Positions 19,897-28,046 of a stretch of DNA of 64,000 nucleotides are shown piece after piece. This DNA comes from an uncultured Spirochaetota bacterium (GTDB lineage Bacteria > Spirochaetota > B62-G9 > DRHN01): NCBI GenBank assembly GCA_964521865.1, contig CAZFTJ010000016.1, positions 20,302 to 84,301 of the forward strand, given 5' to 3'. The notes under the pieces were generated by a model, which worked only from the letters and a program-made list of their open reading frames with translations, was not told where the DNA came from and did not search any database. Numbering within the stretch: position 1 is the first letter of the stretch; each line of letters opens with the position of its first letter. Made by a program: the position numbers and the translations under genes.

Positions 19897-21273
19897 ATGG
19901 CTCATATCCTGGTGGTTGACGATGATAGAAGCATAATTGAGAGCTTTCAATCACTTTTCAGGAGTCTGCATACGGTTCTCGGAGCGTACAACGGGAAAGA
20001 GGCGATGACTATACTCCAGGAGAACAAGGTGGACCTGGTTTTTCTCGATTACAGAATTCCCGGGGATGACGGTCTTGAAGTTTTAAAAAAGATCAGGAAG
20101 TCCGATCCGGATGTGTACATCATCGTCATATCGGGATACGGGAATTTTGAGACCATCATACAGGCAATGGCGCTCGGCGCGTTCGAATATATCGAGAAAC
20201 CGCTCGATGCGGAGAAAATCAGTTTTATAACGAAGAGGGCGCTGGAAATGAGGAAGGCAGCCTCATACGTAAAGCTCATCAAGGACCGGGAGATAGAGAC
20301 GTACAACCTGAAACGGATCATCGGAAAATCCGCAGTCATGCAGGAGGTGTTCAAGAATATAGGCAGACTGGTGAATAACGACGTATCAATACTTATTACC
20401 GGAGAGAGCGGAACCGGAAAGGAGCTCGTGGCAAGGGCGATACATTACAGCGGCGCCAAGAGGGGGGAGCCGTTTATGGCGGTGAACTGTTCCGGATTAT
20501 CCGAGACTCTCCTTGACAACGAGCTGTTCGGTCACGAACAACAGGCATTCACCGGTGCGGAGAGCCTGAAGCAGGGGAAGTTCGAGGTGGCTGGAGAAGG
20601 AACTATATTCCTCGATGAGATAGGAGATATGCCGCTTTCGATCCAGAGTAAGCTCTTGCGGGTGCTTCAGGAGAAAGAGTTTCACCGGCTCGGCGGAACG
20701 AGAATCATTCGGCTTAAAGCGCGCATTATTGCAGCGACGAATAAAAAGCTTTTCGAAGAGGTGCGGAAGGGGAATTTCAGGCAGGATTTGTTTTACCGGA
20801 TAAATGTGGCCACAATCGAAATTCCTCCGCTCAGGGAACGTCCGGGCGATATACCGCTGCTCGTCGATTACTTCATAAAAAAGGCCAATTTGAAATTAAA
20901 AAAGAATATCAAGGGTATCTCCAAGAAGGCCCTGGACGAGCTTTCGCGGTATCACTGGCCGGGTAATGTAAGAGAGCTCGAGAACATCATCGTAAATATC
21001 TGTATACACCTTCAGGGCGATTTTATAAACAGTATCCCTCATTTTCATCCGGACTACGGTACCGGGGGAGATATTTTCAATGAGTTCATCGAAAAATTCC
21101 TCGTGCAGTATGGCGGAGAGGGAAACACCTATCGGATATTGATTTCCAGGCTGGAAAAAGCGCTGTTGAATCGGATAGGTCCCAGATTTAATGATAACAA
21201 GAGTGAAATAGCAAGGTTTCTCGGCATAAGCAGAGTGACGCTTCAGAAGAAGCTCGAAGACCTGAAAAGTTAA
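19897..21273 (+). CDS. NtrC-family sigma54-dependent response regulator
   Basis: Receiver (VDDD, FLDY), Walker A GESGTGKE, QAFTGA, FLDEIGD, WPGNVRELEN, Fis-type HTH. Confidence 0.95.
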   Translation: MAHILVVDDDRSIIESFQSLFRSLHTVLGAYNGKEAMTILQENKVDLVFLDYRIPGDDGLEVLKKIRKSDPDVYIIVISGYGNFETIIQAMALGAFEYIEKPLDAEKISFITKRALEMRKAASYVKLIKDREIETYNLKRIIGKSAVMQEVFKNIGRLVNNDVSILITGESGTGKELVARAIHYSGAKRGEPFMAVNCSGLSETLLDNELFGHEQQAFTGAESLKQGKFEVAGEGTIFLDEIGDMPLSIQSKLLRVLQEKEFHRLGGTRIIRLKARIIAATNKKLFEEVRKGNFRQDLFYRINVATIEIPPLRERPGDIPLLVDYFIKKANLKLKKNIKGISKKALDELSRYHWPGNVRELENIIVNICIHLQGDFINSIPHFHPDYGTGGDIFNEFIEKFLVQYGGEGNTYRILISRLEKALLNRIGPRFNDNKSEIARFLGISRVTLQKKLEDLKS

Positions 21274-21426
21274 ATATGTTTACACATGCTGTACATATAT
21301 TGAGTGTTTAACCTGCCGACTGCAAAGCAGCCGGGCCTGTCCATATCCAACCCCGTTTCGCAATTTATAGATATATATATAATTAAAAGTTCTGCCGATC
21401 CGAGGCCGTCTATACGGCGATCGGCA
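21038..21426 (+). repeat. 389-bp direct repeat, left copy
   Basis: CTCATTTTCATCC...CGGCGATCGGCA appears identical at 27014-27402 (offset 5976). Confidence 0.95.
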
Positions 21427-21901
21427 CGAGATCTTGAGAGTGTATCGAATAAAGCTTCAAAACAGAGCTTGGAACGCCTTATCCAGAAGATGTATGAGAT
21501 TGATCCACTGGTATGTCCAAAATGCGGCCATGAAATGCGGGTAATTGCAATAATCACTGACCCTTATGAAGTAAACAAAATATTTGAATGTCTCAAAAGA
21601 AACAATGCACCACCCTTCGATAAAGTAGTCACAAAAGCATCTTGATCCTCATTTGCTTACATATCAATGAAAGAAGAAATATCCCAGGGTGAAATATGCC
21701 CGTCCATATTTTTAGAGGTACCCTGGAAGCTTCACATTTTCTTTATTCTTGACAGAATGTTCTACTACGGGTAGCATATTTATAATAAATCCGTCATTTT
21801 TCGGGAGGAAAAACATTCGTGAATATTTCAGGGGTAAATCATGGGCTTTTGGTGGTTTTTTTGCTTATTTTGGCGAATCTCAAATTGCAAAAATTCCTAT
21901 C
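21427..21901 (+). mobile_element. IS91-family (Y2/rolling-circle) element remnant: transposase 3' end plus putative ori end
   Basis: RLIQKMYEIDPLVCPKCGHEMRVIAII C-terminal motif ending at the stop at 21645. AAAAATTCCTATC at about 21889-21901 resembles, from memory, the TTCCTAT oriIS core. Confidence 0.65.
21749..21777 (+). promoter_or_regulatory. sigma70-type promoter reading towards the Rrf2 gene
   Basis: TTGACA-N17-TAGCAT. Confidence 0.5.
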
Positions 21902-22122
21902 AATTTGTTGGCGTACCCCTTTTTATAATGGTTGTTAAAAACAAGTAAATCAGGCGAAATCCTCACGAAAAGAAAAATATCCCGGAGAATTTATCACCAC
22001 AAGTTATACCATAGAGGACCAGGAGAAAGAAAATAAACAAAACCAGGAGTGACTGTTCGTTACTATATTCAGGTGCATCTACTTGGTATTCTAATTCAAT
22101 ACACTGAAACCCGGATAAAAAC

Positions 22123-22530
22123 ATGAAATTATCCCACCGGGCTGAATATGCATTGCTTGCTCTCATCCATCTTGCCGAGAATTACAGGAACGAGCTCTGT
22201 AAAATCAGCGATATTGCCATGGAAAAGCACATTCCCAGGAAATTCCTGGAGCAGATACTCATTGTACTTAACAGGGCAGGATATGTGCGGAGCAGGAAGG
22301 GTTCGCGGGGAGGATACATGCTGGCCAAACCACCCAACGAAATCACTCTGGCAGAAGTTATCAGGCTTATTGATGGAGCCCTGGCCCCAGTGGAGTCAGC
22401 AAGTACCTACTTTTATGAGCCCACTCCCCTGGAACAAAACAAGCCGGTTATGCAAATTTTCAAGGAAATCCGCAACTACATAGCAGACAGGCTTGAACAC
22501 ACCAGCCTGGCTGAACTCATTGAAGGCTGA
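22123..22530 (+). CDS. Rrf2 family transcriptional regulator (CymR-like, no Fe-S cysteine triad)
   Basis: KFLEQIL..L...GYVRSRKGSRGGYMLAKPPNEITL. The Cys triad region reads ESASTYFYEP. Confidence 0.92.
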   Translation: MKLSHRAEYALLALIHLAENYRNELCKISDIAMEKHIPRKFLEQILIVLNRAGYVRSRKGSRGGYMLAKPPNEITLAEVIRLIDGALAPVESASTYFYEPTPLEQNKPVMQIFKEIRNYIADRLEHTSLAELIEG

Positions 22531-22802
22531 AGCCTTCCATCTTTCCTCTCCCCTGCATTACTTTTTTACACCCATATTTTCCAAACTCCTTGCTTCCCTG
22601 CACGGTCACTTCTTCAGGACATTCCTCTCTCATGTTTTACTTTTTCACACCCTTTTGTCCTCAAATCTTTGCTTTTTACACCGTTACTGGCTTTAAACTT
22701 TGGGGCCCCATTAACCCTACTCCCCACCTCCCCACAAATCCAATCCCTCTCTTATCAGTGATATTACACAATAATACTTATTTCACCAGGAATATAAAAT
22801 TT

Positions 22803-22884
22803 TCTACTAAATCGGTAGAAATTATAAACTATTTTTATTTGACAAGATGTGCTTTCTGGTTTATTATTCTACTAATTCGGTAGA
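22803..22884 (+). promoter_or_regulatory. sigma70 promoter flanked by two 17-bp palindromic operators
   Basis: TCTACTAAATCGGTAGA (22803-22819), TTGACA-N17-TATTAT (22839-22867), TCTACTAATTCGGTAGA (22868-22884). Confidence 0.8.
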
Positions 22885-23032
22885 CAATATATACTATTCT
22901 ATCAGATATATTCATAAACCAATACGAGCACACAGGAAGCAAGACGTGCATAAATCTCAACTACTGTGCAGCCGTTAAGAAAAATATCTACTTAATCTAT
23001 AGGAAAAGAAGAATATCAAATTAAGGAGGCAG

Positions 23033-23392
23033 ATGGTGCGGAGTCTCAATTACCTCGTAAAGGGAAAACCAACCAGGTTTGACGACTGCATCGACTATAC
23101 CCATACATCAAAACCCCACTGTGTATCTGTAGAACTATCCTACAGGGAAATGATCGGATATAGCAGCATCTCCACCTACCTGCTGGCAAAGTACCTGTGG
23201 GAGTTTCCTGAAAGGAAGGTGGAGTGCCAGAACTGCTATGGAGTGGTATTCTTTGATCAGCCCCCGGAAAAACAGAAGCAGTGCATCAAGAGGGCAAATG
23301 CCAGGCTTCAGGAAGACCTGACACGCCTGCAGGCCCTGGGAGTTATAATAAACCAGAACCATTCGGCATTCACCTGTTCTGCCATTTATTAA
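23033..23392 (+). CDS. Hypothetical Cys-rich protein
   Basis: Strong RBS AAGGAGG, 119 aa, 6 Cys including CQNC, first gene after the operator-flanked promoter. Confidence 0.75.
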   Translation: MVRSLNYLVKGKPTRFDDCIDYTHTSKPHCVSVELSYREMIGYSSISTYLLAKYLWEFPERKVECQNCYGVVFFDQPPEKQKQCIKRANARLQEDLTRLQALGVIINQNHSAFTCSAIY

Positions 23393-23441
23393 GATAGGTA
23401 AATTTTTTTTGTGGGCACTCTGTTGAAAAGGAGCTAAAGCA

Positions 23442-24290
23442 ATGTTGGAAGCGGTACAGCAGTCAATAGGAATGGGAATACTCATTATGGTACTGGCATT
23501 TTTTGCCGAATATGTCGATTCCACTCTGGGGATGGGTTATGGGACCAGCCTAACCCCTATCTTGCTGTTATTTGGATATCAGCCCCTTCATGTAGTACCG
23601 GCTATTTTGCTTTCAGAGCTTCTAACAGGGATTCTGGCTGGAGTTGTTCACCATGCCATTGGTAATGTGGATTTTAAGTCCAAAACCACCAGCCTGAAAC
23701 ACATCACCAGTAAATTAAAACAGCTTGGACTGGTCGAATGTGCCCGACTCGGGCTTTCAGAGCATCTCAGGATTGCCCTTGTTCTGGCATTGTGCAGCAT
23801 TGTTGGGATTGTACTGTCTGTCATCATTGCCTTAAACCTCCCTGCATTTTATGTGAAGTTGTACATAGGAATACTGGTTACTATTGTAGGAGCAGCCATT
23901 CTCATAACCATGAATAAAACATTTGTCTTCTCCTGGTCGCGGATTGTTGGACTGAGTCTTATTGCCTCATTCAATAAAGGGATAAGCGGAGGCGGGTACG
24001 GCCCTGTGGTAACCGGCGGGCAGCTTCTTTCAGGGGTTGAAAGCAGAAATGCCATAGGTATCACCTCCATGGCAGAGGGGCTCACTTGTATGGTGGGATT
24101 TGGGGTCTACCTCCTTTCATCGAGTACCATTAACCTGGGGCTGGCACCTCTACTGGTAACAGGAGCACTGCTTTCGGTCCCCTTTTCCGCTCTTACAGTA
24201 AAGTGTGTACGGACCGGGGCACTCAAAAGTGTTATAGGGATAGTCACCGTTTCACTGGGTCTCATGGTAATTGTGAAGATGGCCCTGTAA
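23442..24290 (+). CDS. Sulfite exporter TauE/SafE (TSUP) family protein
   Basis: DSTLGMGYG...ISGGGYGP motifs, multi-pass membrane protein. Confidence 0.88.
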   Translation: MLEAVQQSIGMGILIMVLAFFAEYVDSTLGMGYGTSLTPILLLFGYQPLHVVPAILLSELLTGILAGVVHHAIGNVDFKSKTTSLKHITSKLKQLGLVECARLGLSEHLRIALVLALCSIVGIVLSVIIALNLPAFYVKLYIGILVTIVGAAILITMNKTFVFSWSRIVGLSLIASFNKGISGGGYGPVVTGGQLLSGVESRNAIGITSMAEGLTCMVGFGVYLLSSSTINLGLAPLLVTGALLSVPFSALTVKCVRTGALKSVIGIVTVSLGLMVIVKMAL

Positions 24291-24371
24291 GGATACAGAC
24301 CAATCGTTCCGGTATGCATAAAGTGGAGTTTAATTCCAAATCAGGTTCGACACCTGAATAATAGGGGATAT

Positions 24372-24839
24372 TCAGGCAGATTCGAGTTTTTCTAAAAATT
24401 GGGAGACATCTCTTTTATAAACACGTTCCAGTTGCAATGTAATTTCAAAAAGGTCCTTGAGCTTTTTTGTTTCCAGCTCATATCCATATGCATGCCGAAA
24501 ATAATGTCTGAATGCCCTTAGCTCATCCAGGATTTTATAAGAGTTATTACCTAACAGAGGAGGTCGAATACCTTCAATATCCAGTTTCATTCTTCTTAAC
24601 AATTCCCGGTGGTATGCTCTTTTGTTCTGTATTGTATTTTCAAAATAACCTGCTACAATTTCAAAGAGGTCTTCGAAAGCACAGTATAAAGAATGCAGCT
24701 TAAAACCCAGTGATTCTCTTTTTATAACATCGTTATCGATCCCACTGGCACGTATTTTAATATCCTCAAACAATTTTTTTATAATATTTTCCTGGTCTTT
24801 CATCTCTGCTTTAAGCAGAGCTAATTTCCCTTGGTCCAT
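24372..24839 (-). CDS. HEPN ribonuclease toxin (HepT-like)
   Basis: R-x4-H motif (RHYFRH), YCAFEDLF, overlaps the MNT gene. Confidence 0.85.
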   Translation of the reverse strand: MDQGKLALLKAEMKDQENIIKKLFEDIKIRASGIDNDVIKRESLGFKLHSLYCAFEDLFEIVAGYFENTIQNKRAYHRELLRRMKLDIEGIRPPLLGNNSYKILDELRAFRHYFRHAYGYELETKKLKDLFEITLQLERVYKRDVSQFLEKLESA

Positions 24840-25165
24840 TTGATACCCTCTGTTTTTATTTTCTCCTGAAAGTGGACATCTTTCAAGTCTATAACATCAA
24901 CCTCCATTCCCAGTTTTTCCTCTATAAACGCCTTGAGTTTAAAAAAATGCCCTGGGTCTACGCCTTCAACTGCAATATCAACATCTGACAGCTCAGTAAA
25001 CCTGCCCGGTGAAGACAGAGACCCGAAAATATAGGCTGCAGTAAAAGGATAGACTTTTTGTGCACTGGAAAGTGCCTTGTTAACTTCGTTAATAAGGCAC
25101 TTTCTTTTTTCTTCGAGTTGTTTTTTTTTCGCAGTAATGATTTGGTCAAGAAGCTCTGTGCTCAT
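24821..25165 (-). CDS. Minimal nucleotidyltransferase antitoxin (MntA-like)
   Basis: FGSL...SDVDIAV and VDVIDL motifs. Confidence 0.88.
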   Translation of the reverse strand: MSTELLDQIITAKKKQLEEKRKCLINEVNKALSSAQKVYPFTAAYIFGSLSSPGRFTELSDVDIAVEGVDPGHFFKLKAFIEEKLGMEVDVIDLKDVHFQEKIKTEGIKWTKGN

Positions 25166-25321
25166 CTGAAACGTTAATCCTTTTACACTGGTATACCGTA
25201 TAACATACTACCAGATACAACACTTCCCGGTTTCTTACGATAATAAATAAGCCTGCTGGATGGTTTAGTCAATTTCTTTTACCTTTTCAAACCGGAATTG
25301 TTAAAGTAAAGTATATTTGCA

Positions 25322-27013
25322 CAGCAATTCTAAATTTGCAAGCATAGCAGCACCAAGAGGATAGTCACAGCAAATTATAACTGTATACTTTTTTATACAT
25401 CTAGACTTTTTCTCCTTTTTCCTGGATATTACTTACAATGGACATACAGGGAGGGGACATTTTCAGCACCGTATGCTCTTTTCTCACCACCACTATCCAA
25501 TCGTTTCCCGACCTCAGAAGTGGTAAGAATACACAGTACTCGATGAAGGACATTGCCCTCTCTGCGTTTGGGGCATTCTTCTGCCAAAGCCCGTCCTTTT
25601 TAGCCTATCAACGCCTTATGCAGGAGGCCCGAGGCAGCAATAACGGCAGGACGCTGTTTGGGCTTCAGAAGCTTCCTACCGACAACCAGATTCGCAATCT
25701 CTTGGACCCCGTAGATCCGAAGCTGTTGTGGCCAGTCTATCGGCAAACCTTCAGGTATCTGCAGAAGCAGGGAGTGGTGAAGAGATTTCGCAGTTTCGCC
25801 AACATGCTTTTTGTGGCGATAGATGGCACGGGATATTTCTACTCCGAATCGATTCACTGTGATCAGTGCAATGTTGCACACCACCGAGATGGGGGTGTAA
25901 CCTATTCGCATACGGCGTTGATGCCGGCGGTAGTCGGACTCGACATACCGCAGGTGATTCCCCTGGAGCCTGAGCTCGTCACACCGCAGGATGGGTACAA
26001 GAAACAGGACTGTGAAGCAGTGGCAGCCAAACGGTGGATTCGCAGCATGGGCAATCGTTTAAGCCCTCTGGGGGTCACACTTTTGGGCGGCGCGCTCTAC
26101 GCAACACAGACCATGATCAAGGTGGTAGTCAAAAAGAAGCTTAATTACCTCTTTGTCGCTAAGCCTAAGCATCATAAATATTTATACGAGGAGCTTCAGT
26201 CCTTTGAGAAGCTGGGGGAGATACAGAAGCTCAAACGCACACAGTGGACCGGCAAGAAACACCGCCACCTCCTCTACCGCTATATCAACGGGGTCCCGCT
26301 CGTGGATGCAGAGCATCCTATCGAAGTGAACTGGGTTGAGTTCAGCATAGCAAATGACAAAGGTGAAACCACGTACCGAACCGCCTTCATCACCAATCAC
26401 CTCATTACGGAACAGAATGTGGAAGATTTGGTCAAAGCGGGACGGTGTCGCTTGAAGATCGAAAACGAGGATATCAATACCCTGAAGACCAAGGGATATC
26501 ATTTTGAGCATAACTTCGGCCACGGTACGCAGTATCTGTCTCAGCTGCTTTTGTCGCTGAATATCCTGGCCTTCCTGTTCTACACGGTGCTGAAGTTGTT
26601 AGATAAACGATGCACCCTGCTCCGAAAAACCCTCCCATGGCGTGATACCTTCTTCCAGCATATCTCCGCACTGACACAATACCTGTGCTTTGAAAGTTGG
26701 CAGCATCTCATGCTGTCTATGCTCACAGGCCTGAAGCTGCAAGACCCGTATGCCAATCCTCCTTAGCGGTGGCATGCCCCCGTTTCATGAAATCCTTTGT
26801 GCTGTCCCTGTATACACACCCTCATCCGTTTGCCACTGAGTATCCCTGAAATTTAATAACGTATGTTCGTCCGGTTCTTCGATGTGTTCTTTAAATCGTT
26901 GTGCTCCCATTGGTACTGTCAAAGATCTTGTGCCATGAGATTAACATGTAGGCATCTTATATTGTCCGATCGCTATCAATTATCTTCCCATACCCCCATA
27001 TTTAGAATTGTTG
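25322..27013 (+). mobile_element. ISNCY-like insertion sequence, 1692 bp
   Basis: Terminal inverted repeats CAGCAATTCTAAATTTG and CATATTTAGAATTGTTG (15/17 match) enclose the transposase. No target-site duplication visible. Confidence 0.8.
25438..26766 (+). CDS. DDE transposase (ISNCY-like), probably inactive
   Basis: FPDLRSGKN..YS...SPSFLAYQR, AIDGT and KIENE present. The expected GDxLY reads GGALY. Confidence 0.88.
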   Translation: MDIQGGDIFSTVCSFLTTTIQSFPDLRSGKNTQYSMKDIALSAFGAFFCQSPSFLAYQRLMQEARGSNNGRTLFGLQKLPTDNQIRNLLDPVDPKLLWPVYRQTFRYLQKQGVVKRFRSFANMLFVAIDGTGYFYSESIHCDQCNVAHHRDGGVTYSHTALMPAVVGLDIPQVIPLEPELVTPQDGYKKQDCEAVAAKRWIRSMGNRLSPLGVTLLGGALYATQTMIKVVVKKKLNYLFVAKPKHHKYLYEELQSFEKLGEIQKLKRTQWTGKKHRHLLYRYINGVPLVDAEHPIEVNWVEFSIANDKGETTYRTAFITNHLITEQNVEDLVKAGRCRLKIENEDINTLKTKGYHFEHNFGHGTQYLSQLLLSLNILAFLFYTVLKLLDKRCTLLRKTLPWRDTFFQHISALTQYLCFESWQHLMLSMLTGLKLQDPYANPP

Positions 27014-27249
27014 CTCATTTTCATCCGGACTACGGTACCGGGGGAGATATTTTCAATGAGTTCATCGAAAAATTCCTCGTGCAGTATGGCGGAGAGGGAA
27101 ACACCTATCGGATATTGATTTCCAGGCTGGAAAAAGCGCTGTTGAATCGGATAGGTCCCAGATTTAATGATAACAAGAGTGAAATAGCAAGGTTTCTCGG
27201 CATAAGCAGAGTGACGCTTCAGAAGAAGCTCGAAGACCTGAAAAGTTAA
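27014..27249 (+). pseudogene. Duplicated C-terminal (HTH) fragment of the sigma54 response regulator
   Basis: HFHPDYGTGG...ARFLGISRVTLQKKLEDLKS is identical to the end of 19897-21273. Confidence 0.9.
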
Positions 27250-27402
27250 ATATGTTTACACATGCTGTACATATATTGAGTGTTTAACCTGCCGACTGCA
27301 AAGCAGCCGGGCCTGTCCATATCCAACCCCGTTTCGCAATTTATAGATATATATATAATTAAAAGTTCTGCCGATCCGAGGCCGTCTATACGGCGATCGG
27401 CA
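27014..27402 (+). repeat. 389-bp direct repeat, right copy (duplicated regulator 3' end plus upstream region of the PiT operon)
   Basis: Starts at the base after the IS right inverted repeat. Identical to 21038-21426. Confidence 0.95.
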
Positions 27403-27413
27403 TGAAATTTGCC
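27397..27413 (+). promoter_or_regulatory. sigma54 (-24/-12) promoter
   Basis: TCGGCATGAAATTTGCC with GG 27399-400, N10, GC 27411-412. RBS AGAGG and ATG 27438 follow. Confidence 0.7.
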
Positions 27414-27437
27414 TTTAAAAAATAGAGGTAAAAACCC

Positions 27438-28046
27438 ATGCGTATGTTTGCCGGCATCATGAAGAAGAGGGTTGAGCTGGAACAGGGTGTCATCGGCGTT
27501 ATTGCAGAGCTGCAACAGTTCGTAGAGATACTTCTGGAATCGGAAGATTACGATACCCTGCAGAGAAATTTCAACAGGATCATTGAAATTGAAGCTGATT
27601 TCGAGAGCTCGGTGAATATGTTTAATGAAAAACTCGTCAATCGGTACAACCTGCCCTTTTACTGGCAGGATATATATGCCGTCGTGCAGTGTATGGAAAA
27701 ATTGAACAGCCTGCTCCATATCTACTACAATAAATATCTGATATATAAAAATACGGTTTCCTATAGAATATTACTCGATATAGAGCGTACCAGTCTGATC
27801 AACCTGAAGAACTTTTTTACGTATTACTTGAAAAACAGAAAGTATGTATCCGAGCTCTTGAAGAACAATCGGCTTCTGCTCAAGGACTTTTTGCGCGAAT
27901 ATATCCGGATTGTCGGTGCAACGCTATTCGACGGGTTTTCGCACAGGGGGTGTTATGAAATCGGGGAGGTCTTTGAAAAAATGAACGATGAAAATGAAAA
28001 TATCCATACCATGCTGAATAAAATATTCATCGGCGTAAATTTATGA
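27438..28046 (+). CDS. Divergent DUF47/PhoU-like phosphate transport accessory protein
   Basis: IEIEAD...NRYNLPFYWQDIYAVVQCME pattern, helical, precedes PiT. Confidence 0.6.
   Translation: MRMFAGIMKKRVELEQGVIGVIAELQQFVEILLESEDYDTLQRNFNRIIEIEADFESSVNMFNEKLVNRYNLPFYWQDIYAVVQCMEKLNSLLHIYYNKYLIYKNTVSYRILLDIERTSLINLKNFFTYYLKNRKYVSELLKNNRLLLKDFLREYIRIVGATLFDGFSHRGCYEIGEVFEKMNDENENIHTMLNKIFIGVNL

Noticed and set aside
21304-21426. N-terminal part of ORF 21304-21645, and antisense ORFs 21270-21557 and 27246-27719, as real proteins
   Set aside because: They are read-through of the duplicated regulatory region; only the part after 21427 resembles a transposase.
25206-25216. TACTACCAGAT as a third copy of the leader-associated motif
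   Set aside because: Opposite orientation relative to the adjacent TA operon and no peptide ORF with it; probably chance.
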